A stretch of DNA of 64,000 nt from Octopus vulgaris (taxonomy: Eukaryota): contig OX597818.1 in the NCBI GenBank assembly GCA_951406725.2, forward strand, positions 94,922,001 through 94,986,000, in the 5' to 3' direction. The notes beneath the pieces are model-generated. The model worked only from the letters and a program-made list of their open reading frames with translations. It ran no database searches and was not told the origin of the DNA. The translations under genes and the position numbers were made by a program. Every line of letters begins with the position of its first letter. Position 1 is the stretch's first letter. Shown in pieces: positions 12,271-23,199 of the stretch.

Positions 12271-13107
12271 CATCATCATCATCGTTTAACGTCCGCTTTC
12301 CGCGCTAGCACGGGTTGGACGGTTTGACCGGGTCTGGGAAGCCAGGGGCCGCTCCAGGCTCCAGTCTGAATCTGGCAGAGTTTCTACGGCTGGATGCCCT
12401 TCCTAACGCCAACCACTCCGTGAGTGGATTGGGTGCTTTTTACGTGCCACCTGCACAGGGGCCGGAGGGTCCGGCATCGTCACGATCGGTTCGAGCATTT
12501 TAACATGTCAGAGGCACGGGGGCAACGAGGTCCGGGGTACTTTGGGGATCGGGGTACTTTGGGGATCCAGGGTACTTTGGGGATCCGGGGTACTTAGAAT
12601 GGGTAGGGGGTATGTGGAATTGCTGCAGAAAGCAGCCCGGGTCTTTGTAGTCACAGCATATCTCCAGAGATCTCGGTCCTTCGCCATTGCCTCAGTGAGG
12701 CCCAATGCTCTGAGGTCATGCTTGACCACCTCATCCCATGTCTTCCTGGGTCTACCTCTCCCCCTGATACCTTCAACTGTTTGGGAGTGGCACTTCTTCA
12801 CACATCTCTCTTCATCCATCCGCAGCACATGACCATACCATCGCAAGCGTCGCTCTTGCACACCACATCTGATGCTTCTTATATCCAGCATTTCTCTCAG
12901 GATACTTACACTCTGTTTTGCGTGCACACTGACACTACGCATCCAGCGGATCATGCTAGCTTCATTTCTTTCAAGTCTACGCATGTCTTCTGCAGTCACA
13001 GCCCATGTTTCATTACCGTGAAGCATGGCAGTTCGCACACATGCATCATACAATCTACCTTTTGCTCTGAGGGAGAGGCCTTTTGTTGCCAGTAGGGGTA
13101 GGAGCTT
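12271..13107 (-). mobile_element. 5'-truncated RTE-clade LINE (ORF C-terminus, 3'UTR, (GAT)n tail)
   Basis: ORF 12508-13149(-) contains RRLRWYGHVLRMDEERCVK and RGRGRPRKTWDEVVKHDL, typical RTE C-terminus. (ATC)n tail at ~12270; a second RTE tail follows at ~13128-13268. Confidence 0.9.
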
Positions 13108-13334
13108 TATATATATATATATATATATCATCATCATCATCAAAAGCATCCGCTTTCCATGCTAGCATGGGTTGGACGGTTCAACTAGGGTCTGGGAAGC
13201 CAGAAGGCTGCACCATGCCCAGTCTGATCTGGCAATGTTTCTACAGCTGAATGCCCTTCCTAACGCCAATATATATATATATGTGTGTGTGCCTATGAAT
13301 ATACATATGTATGTGTATATAAAAAAAAATATGA

Positions 13335-13740
13335 GAAACAGAAAATGGAATTCATGAGACTTTATTCAGATCCACTATGATTGTTTCAACTCACCATGCA
13401 CCAGTACCTTACAGGTGAGATGCTGTACAATCAGTTGTTATGCATCTCCTCAGGTGACTTTTCAAAAAGTACCTTGTTTTTTCCTTGTCATTTTGTTTAT
13501 TTCTATAGCAATACATTTGGATTAGTGTAGCATATGACCCCCCGTCTCCATAAGGAACTGAGATATAATGAAAGAATCTGTCTCATATAAGCCAATAAGA
13601 TAAAGTATACAAGGATAAAAGTATAAAGATTGAATGAAATGGAGTACAATGATAATAAGACACAGTTGAATAAAAACATAAAATACACATGCGATCAGAA
13701 CAACAAAGAGAAAAACGATTGAACATTTGTATTGACCTCT
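13335..13740 (-). mobile_element. Penelope-type pseudo-LTR fragment with decayed hammerhead motif (copy 1 of an inverted pair)
   Basis: Reverse complement of 15412-15848. Minus strand reads TCAC-CTGAGGA-G...GAAAC-AATC-ATA-GTGG. Confidence 0.65.
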
Positions 13741-13773
13741 AAATTTCATCAAAACAAATAAGTTACATTATCC

Positions 13774-13810
<37 letters not shown>

Positions 13811-13863
13811 CATACATATACATATATATCATCATCATCATCATCGGACGTTAAATGATGATG

Positions 13864-13895
<32 letters not shown>

Positions 13896-14205
13896 ATATA
13901 AAGATAGATATACATACAAACCTATATATCCATGCATACATTTCACTACATCTACACACACACATATATCCATACACAATATACATGTATACCTATGCAC
14001 ACACACAGGTATATATGTGTGTATACATATAAGTATGTGTGTGTATGTATATACATATATATGAGTAGATAGGCTTATAAGTCAATAAGTTCATTCCTCT
14101 GTATATGTATGTATGTATATGGCAGCCTATATAAATTAATGCATAAATTTCTAGAGGTTCAAACAAAACATTAAAGGATTATGATTAAAACAAATAGATT
14201 TTACC

Positions 14206-14421
14206 ATTAGAAATGATATGTCTTTGTGCAGTTGTATGCAAAATATTCTTGGCTTAATTAATCATATAAATGTACCATCACTTTCATTAAAATTATCACT
14301 ACCATGATTATGACTACCAATGACTATAATCACTTGAGATTAACTATATTGAACCATCTTTATTCTGTAAAATATTACATGAAACAGTAGATGGAGATAT
14401 CAGCAAAGGTAGAAGAGTGAA

Positions 14422-14465
<44 letters not shown>

Positions 14466-14831
14466 AAAGAGAAGATTTTTGTCAAGTGTGCATGAGTGCT
14501 CATATGTGCTGATATCACTGCATGCATGCATGTATGTATGTATGTATATCTATGGGCACACATTATCTGAAATGTGACTCAAGAAAATCCAAAGATTATT
14601 AGAAATGATATGTCTTTGTGCAGTTTGTATGCAAAATATTCTTGGCTTAATTAATCATATAAATGTACCATCCTTTCATTAAAATTATCACTACCATGAT
14701 TATGACTTCAATGACTATAATCACTTTTGTTCTTAACTCTATTGACCATCTTTATTCTGTAAAAATATTACATGAAACAGTAGATGGATCCTCCTCTTCC
14801 TTAGGCAAATCTTGTACTTTTGAAAAGATGA

Positions 14832-14873
<42 letters not shown>

Positions 14874-14973
14874 AAAGAGAAGATTTTTGTCAAGTGTGCA
14901 TGAGTGCTCATATGTGCTGATATCACTGCATGCATGCATGTATGTATGTATGTATATCTATGGGCACACATTA
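14206..14973. repeat. Direct tandem duplication, two ~360-375 bp copies
   Basis: 14206-14564 and 14598-14973 are near-identical apart from a chimeric middle section in copy 2; the junction carries 35 bp identical to 8780-8814. Confidence 0.85.
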
Positions 14974-15411
14974 ATGTATAGCTGTGTGCAATTGGATAAG
15001 AATATTCAAGTTAGAATGTATGAATGTATGCATGCATGAATGAGTGTGTATAACAATGTGTGTGTCTATGTTGTGTACATCCCAATCAGTGGTATTGGTT
15101 CTCAGAGTGCATGGATGTGTTTGTGTATCAGTGCATGTAAGCTAATGAATGTGTGTTGTAATAAATTAACTCTAGGTTCAAGAAATCCCAAGAACTATCA
15201 CCAGACAGATGTGGAAGCATAGGAAATCAGAGGGAGGAAGTAATAAAAAGAAATAAGAAATGCAAATGAGGTCTGAATAATGCCTGGTATTAATCACTCA
15301 GTACCTACTTGGGATGCCTTTCTCTGACTTTAGTTTCATATTCTATCTCTCTCTAACCTATTAAATGTGAGAAAGCCAGTTATGATATGTCTCTTTGTAC
15401 ATATAATTTAT

Positions 15412-15848
15412 TGGTCAATACAATGCCTGATCATTTCTTTTTTCTTTTTTGTTCTGTTCTGATCGCATGTATATTTTATGTTTATATTCAACTGTGTCTT
15501 ATTATCATGGTATTCCTTTTAATTTGATTTGATTTGATTTATTCTTTATTCTTTTATTCTTGTATGCTTTATTTTATTACTTATATGAGAAGGATTCTTT
15601 CATTATATCTCAGTTCCTTAAGGAGACAGATAGTATGGTACACTAGCCAAAATGTATTTTTATAGAAATAAACAAAATGACAAGTAAAAAACAAGGTACT
15701 TTTTCAAAAGTCACCTGAGGAGATGCATTTTCACCTATGATGCAGGACAGTTGATTGTATGGCATCTCACCTGTCAGATACCAGTGCATGGAGGGCTAAA
15801 ACGATCATAGTATGTCTGAATAAAGAGTTTTGTGACTTTCGTTTTCCA
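15412..15848 (+). mobile_element. Penelope-type pseudo-LTR fragment with decayed hammerhead motif (copy 2)
   Basis: Inverted homologue of 13335-13740; CTGAGGA at 15715-15721, AAACGATCATAGT near 15800, AATAAA just after. Confidence 0.65.
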
Positions 15849-16269
15849 ATGAGGCTAAAGCAAATATTGACTAATGAACTGAGAAAGAATTGCTCAATAC
15901 AAATGTAGAATGCAGAAATTTTATTTAAGGTGGTCTAGTCGCCTGTTATTCTGAAGTTTCCGTGATGTGTGGTTGCTTCTTCAGACAAAAAAGCCTGGAC
16001 AAAGTGTATGTGTATATATTTCTTTTATTCTTTTACTTGCTTCAGTCATTTGTCAGCAGCAATACTGGAGCACCACTTTGAAGGGTTTTAGTCAAACAAA
16101 TCAACCCCCAGGACTCATTTAAGCCTGGCACTTATTTTACCAGTCACTTTTGCCAAACTTAAGTTACAGGGACATAAACATGACAACAGGTGTTGGTGTG
16201 TTTACGTCCCTGCAACTTAGTGGGGATAGGGGGACAAACACAGACATAAAGACACACACACACCTATAG

Positions 16270-16890
16270 AAGAGATACATGGTACCCAAAGGTGATGTTG
16301 GTGCCAAAGGAAGTCATTTGGAGATCAGAGTTATATTTTCTGATGGTCTTTAAAAATGCATGGATTCCTCAGTAGCAACAGTAAGAAGCTGTTTAAGGGG
16401 CTCTGAATCAACAAGGGCTGCTGCATTACCTTCTCCATTAGAAGAGCACATTACATTTGTCTTTTGCTTCCATTTTTGGCTAAATAATTTTCAGGAATTT
16501 TGGCCATGGTACCTCTTTTCTGCAGCTCATGTATGTCTGGCTGAACCTAGCCTCTGCTTGACATACTCTTTAAACTTTCTGGCCTGGCCTGGCTTGTCCT
16601 GGTGGTCTTGTGAGGTTTCATGGTGCCTGTATGCATCCTACTTGGCAGAATTCTATCGAAGGTGAGCCTGTCATTCATTAGACATTTCCTATTGTCAATG
16701 GACAGCCTATCTTGTAGCATTCTGTTCACTGTGGTTTTCACATTCACTACCAGTTTTGAACTTTCTGTGAGCTGCATTCCTGGCAGCATTAGCTTGCAGT
16801 CTTTTTCGACACTGTCCATTTGTTTCTGTTGTCCTCAGAGCATAATCGTGTTTGGCAGCAGAAGATACTGGAACTCTCTTTTCTGTAACA
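16270..16890 (-). pseudogene. Decayed Helitron RepHel N-terminal fragment
   Basis: Across frameshifts the minus strand reads ...EPLKQLLT..EESMHF / IRKYNSDLQMTSFGTN, resembling the Helitron Rep N-terminal HF..IRKYNS.FQMTSFG motif. Confidence 0.7.
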
Positions 16891-17899
16891 TTAACAATGG
16901 AAACAAATTATAAGAAAGTAAGTGTAAGCACACGTCCCTTCCTGTTATACCACGGAGGAAAAGACTTTTATGTTAAAAAAAAAAGAACACTCAAGAAGGT
17001 ACATGAACATTGATGCTGTAGAATGAAATCATTACTATCTGGTGCTGGCTTATGGTTTATAAGGTTAAAAAAAATTTTTTAAACATGATTTCAAGAAAAG
17101 TAAGACACAAATGATTGAAGTGACAGAATATAAAAAATGTAAAGAAAGATAGTTTTTTGTGAAATATTTTCAATAATGTTTAATGTGAAATCTACAAAAA
17201 CACCTGCAAATTATTGAGAAAGAAGGAGAAATGGTATAAGTAAGAGAAAGAGAGAAATACATAACATACAGCCAAAAGAATATTTTTCTTCTTCCACATT
17301 CTCCCCATCCTTGTTAATGCTTATTTTTTTCTTCCTCCCACTCCTTTTTTCCATACTGCTCTTATTTCTTGTGCTTCAGATGTTATCAGATTTTTATAAG
17401 GAGATGTAAGTTCTGTGACACAGAGAGAGAGAGAGTGAGATTTATGTAACAATAGGTAGTCAGTGAGGTAAATTGGGTGAAGTTTTGAGAGAGAGAAATA
17501 GGGGGAGATAAAATAAATATTGATACAGAGTGAGGCAGGATCATATGAAAAATGAAAGAGAATAAGGAATAGTGGAGTGGAGGATTAAGACAAAGAAAAT
17601 CTAAAAGGAAGAAGCAGTGGAGAAACAACCATGTGTTATGAGAAGATGGGAAGAGAACCAGATGTATACACACAAACATTTATATGTATAAAGATAGATA
17701 GATACATACATATATACATACATATTTATATTTATATGTAGCTACTTGGATAGATTTCAACTGGTATTGGCCCAAGCCATGACTAACTTAAAAGCACCAC
17801 TTACAGATGATGTTTAATCACGTTTAATTTTTACAGTCATACTCTGGGCACTTATAACCGATCCAAGTAAAGAATTACTGGTTGCAGAGCTATATCTGA

Positions 17900-20660
17900 G
17901 TGTAGGTGGTTTATCTGGAATTTGTCCAGTAACTGTTTGTTATGGGATATTTTTCTTCTCTTTTACATCTTGGCACAATGTTAAAGAGAGCAGGATCAAG
18001 TGAGGTGAAATAATTCTGTCTTAATGTTTTGATGTGAGCTCAGCTTTTGCTGAAAATGTTTGGCATGAGAACCAAGATTTGGGTAAAAAAAAGTTGATGT
18101 CAATATTATTAGGGCAATGGTGATGGAATATTTTCCATATCATGCAAATGGTATAGTGCTTATGGTAGCTTTGAAGGGGCTAGAGCTTGAGTTTCTTGAA
18201 CCAATCCCACTAATCAAGACTTGTCACTGATTTTTTTTTTGTGACTAATCCATGAAGGACTTCAATTTTTATAATACTTTGTTTCATGTGGAGAGACCTC
18301 AGCTGACAGCAGTATTCAAGGAGAGGACAGGAAAAGGTAGAGAAGAGAAAAAGAATAGCAGAAGCATTCCTGGACCTAAGAATCCAAAGGATTCATGAGC
18401 ACATCCTGTGGACCATGTCAACTTTGCTGTTTATATGGGTACTCCAGCTTAAGGTATTATAGGTAATTACTCCAAGGACTCTAGCAGTATTTGATGCCAT
18501 GATCGTTGTGTTCAGTGAAGGAGAAAGAGGTGGATTATCTGTATCCTCTTTTCTGAAGTTGATTATTTGAAATTTATCACCAGTTAGCTGCATATGGTGT
18601 ATGCTTTTCTTCTTTTTTCTTTCTTTTTCTTTAGCCCATTAGATAACAGCAAGCAGATCTAATTGGAGATATGCCCAGTCTCCTCTGTTGACGACCTTCA
18701 GCAGCTTAGAGTAATTTTCTTACAGCCAAGTTTGATGGCATCTGTGATGTCACGAATGTAAATAAGAAAGAGAAGTGGGCCCAACACAGTGTCTTGTGGG
18801 ACTCCATTAATGATTCTCACTGAGTTTGATTGAACACCATCAACTGCAACATACTGGGTTCTGTTCACAAGAAAACACTTATTCCACTTTAAAAGTTTCC
18901 CCATAGACTCTAATACTGGATGGTTTCTCCCACAGGATGCTGTGATCAATCTTTACTGAAGCTAAGGCATATTATATCAGTATAAGAGCCCTCTCTTAGA
19001 GTCTTTAGAATGTCTACAAAGTGATGTGGGAATTTTGTTAGGCAGTCTCTCATTGCAGAAACCATGTTGGTTGGAATTAAGGAAGTAAATTGCTCAAAAT
19101 CTCATCACACTTTCAAATAATTAGATGACATGAGAGATAAGTGAGATTAAGTTATTAATTGGTAATTCAATGTAAGTGAATTTCTTCTTTTTTAGAAAAC
19201 TAGGGCAACTGAGATAGAAAATGATAAGGAATATAACCAACATCCAGTGATTTCCTCCAGAGAATGGCAAGTAGGGATGTGAATTGATGTCGACATTCTT
19301 TCAGGATTCTAGTGAAGAACTTATTGGGGCCTGCAAATGAGTTACTTTCTTAATTTTATTTATATCTACTATGATATCCAGAGTGCCAAAAGATATGTCA
19401 GATAGGTTGTGCTGTCCAGATCAACCATATTGGGATTGCCGAAAGCAGATGTTGTCCAGATCAACCATATTGGGATTGCTGAAAGTAGATGTTGTCCAGA
19501 CCAACCATATTGGGAATGCCGAAAGCAGATGTTGTCCAGATCAACTATATTGGGATTGCCGAAAGTAGATGTTGTCCAGATTAACCATATTGGGAATGCC
19601 GAAAGCAGATGTTGTCCAGATCAACCATATTGGGATTGCCGAAAGCAGATGTTGTCCAGATCAACCATATTGGGATTGCCGAAAGTAGATGTTGTCCAGA
19701 CCAACCATATTGGGAATGCCAAAAGCAGATGTTGTCCGAACCAACAATATTGGGATTGCCAAAAGCAGATGTTGTCCAGACCAACCATACTGGGATTGCC
19801 GAAAGCAGATGTTGTCTAGATCAACCATATTGGAATTGCCAAAAGCAGATGTTGTCCAGACCAACCATATTGGGATTGCTGAAAGCAGATGTTGTCCAGA
19901 TTAACCATATTGGGATTGCCGAAAGCAGATGTTGTCTAGATCAACCATATTGGGATTGCCGTAAGCAGATGTTGTCCAGACCAACCATATTGGGATTGCT
20001 GAAAGCACATCTTGTCCAGACCAACCATATTTGGATTGCCGAAAGCAGATGTTGTCTAGATCAACTATATTGGAATTGCTGAAAGCACATCTTGTCCAGA
20101 TCAACCATATTGGGGTTGCTGAAAGCAGATGCTGCCCAGACCAACCATATTGGGATTGCCGAAAGCAGATGTTGTCTAGACCAACCATATTGGGATTGCC
20201 GAAAGCAGATGTTGTCCAGAACAACCATATTGGGATTGCCAAAAGCAGATGTTGCCCAGACTAACCATATTTGGATTACCGAAAGCAGATGTTGTCCAGA
20301 CCAACCATATTGGGATTTCCAAAAGCAGATGTTGTCCAGACCAACTATATTGGGATTGCTGAAAGCAGATGTTGTCCAGACCAACCATATTGGGATTTCC
20401 AAAAGTAGATGTTGTCCAGACCAACTATATTGGGATTGCTGAAAGCAGATGTTGTCCAGACCAACCATATTGGGATTGCTGAAAGCAGAGCTGTATTGTT
20501 TCTGCAGAATCTCACCATATCTTTAGCATCACTATGGAAATTGTTGTCTTTGTCAATCAGATGTCCAACAGATGAAATAGCATCCTTATGCTTTTGGGCA
20601 AATGAGAACACTTTGGAATTGAGTTCTATTTTGTCACTGGCCCAGTTCTCCTCTGCTGAT
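17900..20660 (-). mobile_element. Decayed CR1/L2-like non-LTR retrotransposon (RT domain), interrupted by a minisatellite
   Basis: ORF 18698-18949(-) has FLVNRTQYVAVDG and GVPQDTVLGPLLFLIYIRDI; ORF 18393-18593(-) has LGVITYNTLSWSTHI; upstream linker sequence resumes at 20490-20660. Confidence 0.85.
19411..20489. repeat. Minisatellite, ~27 copies of a 40-bp unit
   Basis: Unit GTTGTCCAGA(T/C)CAACCATATTGGGATTGC(C/T)GAAAGCAGAT in strict 40-bp register (19451, 19491 ... 20451); no spacers. Confidence 0.97.
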
Positions 20661-21359
20661 CATTTACACACACATGTAAACATATATAGGCATGTGTGTA
20701 TCTGTGTGTGTGTAAAAATAAAAAACACAAAAACAAGGTAAATAAACAAACAAGGTATATTAGGTTGATGCTCAGGAAAATTGGAAGGAGCCTTTCATTT
20801 TGGGGGCATATGCTCTTCTATGGAAAGGATAGATGAAGAAAGAAAAAAATGGAGAGAAAAGAACAAACATAACCCACTTAGATGGTCACCACATGCTGAA
20901 ATATATATAAATTATACATACATACATGGATGCATGCATGCATGTATGTATGTGTGTGTGTGTGCGCATGCACATGCACATACCCGTGTGCATGCATGCC
21001 CATATACCATTTCACATTTTCTAAATTAAACAAAAAAAATGAAAGATATTCCCATGTCAAAGCAGATATAATTTATACTAAATTACATATGCTTTACACA
21101 TGTCATCAACAATAGGCATATTTATCATTTGCGAAAAGCTGAATTCCACTTTAAAAAAAGTCATCCCATTTCCTTTTTAACATTTCCCTTCTAGCCCAAG
21201 AGACTTTACGTCAAAATTCTGCTTGTTTTCCTTCAAGTTTTTAGGCTGGACACCAACCACATTGCTCTCAGTAGACTAAAAGAACCTGCAATGGTCAACA
21301 GCCCAAACTAGCCTCTTCTAACTTGATGGTCGTTGAAGATGGCTGTGTCAGTTTAAAAG

Positions 21360-21515
21360 AGTCATGGACAACCTTTTTCGAGAAGCAGGCCGCATGAGGC
21401 ATAGCTCATTATCAGATAGGTCACACTACTAAGAGAATTCAAAGAAATATTTCGTAAGTGTGTCCTTTAGAAAGTCCCCCTGGTCGCAAATGGCCCAAGG
21501 TTAGTTTAAAACGAC
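21360..21515. mobile_element. hAT-like MITE
   Basis: GTCATGGACAACCTTTTTCGAGAAG...; homologous copy at ~50760-50915 (GGCATGGGTAACCATTTTCGAGAAG). Confidence 0.6.
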
Positions 21516-21937
21516 CAGTAATCAACACATGTACGCATGCGCAAGCCTGAGCTATTCTGAAATTAAACTGACATTTGCACAGGCATTCATTCAAGCCTTC
21601 CTTTATCCGCACCGACGATATCCAATGGAATGTCCGTCGATTTGGGCCAATGCAACCTGGTGCCAGTGTCGTTGCAGACATTACTGCCAGATGCAAAGAG
21701 TCATGACAAATTTCACAAGTTATCTGGTCTTATTCGTTTACAATGTCACTAATCCATAGTCCTGATTTGGTACTTCTTTTATCGATCCCGAAAGGATGAA
21801 TGGTAACAACGAATTTTATATAAGGTGAAACGTATATAAATTATAGAAAATAAGTGAAATAGTATTCTGGAACATTAATATCGTTGTGAAAGTAATTACT
21901 GACCAAATGGAAATTTCCTAAAACTTTAAATCTCATA

Positions 21938-22155
21938 GGCGCAATGGCCTAGTGGTTAGGGCAGCGGACTTGCGGTCGGAGGATCGCGGTTTCGATTCCC
22001 AGACAGGGCGTTGTGTGTGTTTATTGAGCGAAAACACCTAAAAGCTCCACGAGGCTCCGGCAGGAGGTGGTGATCCCTGCTGTACTCAAAAGGCGGTGCT
22101 CCAGCATGGCCGCAGTCAAATGACTGAAACAAGTACAAAAAAAAAAAAAAAAAAT
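21938..22155 (+). mobile_element. Young tRNA-derived SINE (second head type) with poly(A) tail
   Basis: A box TGGCCTAGTGG, B box GGTTTCGATTCCC, CpGs retained; same 3' tail as the 10832 family; A-tract ~22137-22154. Confidence 0.85.
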
Positions 22156-22685
22156 ACTTTTGTCTTTACGGTCGCAATCATAGGCTTTCAAGTTCGATAA
22201 CTATCGCAATGTTATTTACTAATTACTTCCCTTTAGTTAAATTTTAAGAAAATCTGCGTTATTATTTTTATCTTTTACTTGTTTTAGCTATTGGACTGCT
22301 AGGGTGCCGCCGTGAAGAAAACGCAAACGAATTCACCCAAGTACTTATTTTTTTAAAACCCTTGTGCTTATCCCTCCAGTCTCTCATGCTGAACTTCTAA
22401 GTTACGCAGACGTAAACAAAGCCAACACTGATTGCCAAGCGGTAGTAGGCGACAAACACGCATGTGTGTGTGTAGAGCTCCTCAATGGATCTTGAGCCTA
22501 ACAATGACACTTCACGCAATGAGTACATATTCCATTTTATTAAACCTGACCAATATTTTTCAAGCAATGGTATAATTTGTCGACTAGGAACTTATTGCAA
22601 AGCTGCATGATAAACAATATTTTTTTGTCTTCCCACTCAGGGGTCAGTACAGTTTTTTTTCTGTGTAACCTCTTTCTTTCTTTCT

Positions 22686-22727
<42 letters not shown>

Positions 22728-23199
22728 ATTTTGATTGTTTTCAACCATCACTATCACCAGTACCACCACCATTGCTACCACAACAGCTATACACACACCA
22801 TTCAGATTTCTGATGCCACCACCTCAATACCTTTGACTTCGCCGCCTTGCCCTCCACCACCATCACCACTATCTTTCACATTGCTTACTATCACCGTTGA
22901 CCCTGACTGCTTCAGCTATCCCTACCACCATCATCATCACCATCACCGCCACCTCTATCACAACTACAGCTCAAACTATTACTATCACTCCATTACCATC
23001 ACAACCGTCAATCTACTACTGTCTCTATGCCTTCTATTAATATCACCCCAACATGAGCAATAGTAGGACTGTCAATGAATAGTGAGAGAAGGGGTCAAAG
23101 TGTGACACACTGACACACAAATTAGTTTTCGCATTTATTATATTAGATTTATATATAGTCAATAAAACATGTCAGAAAAGAAGCACACTAAAGATTAGA

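Noticed and set aside
19411-20489. CRISPR array
   Set aside because: Units are contiguous 40-mers with no unique spacers, there are no cas genes, and the context is a eukaryotic LINE.
19371-20741. Cys-rich repeat protein ORFs (RCCPDQPYWDCRK...)
   Set aside because: A by-product of translating the minisatellite; antisense to a LINE, interrupted by stops, with no splice or start context.
21938-22010. tRNA gene
   Set aside because: A/B boxes are present but the sequence continues into a SINE body and tail, and I could not form a proper acceptor stem.
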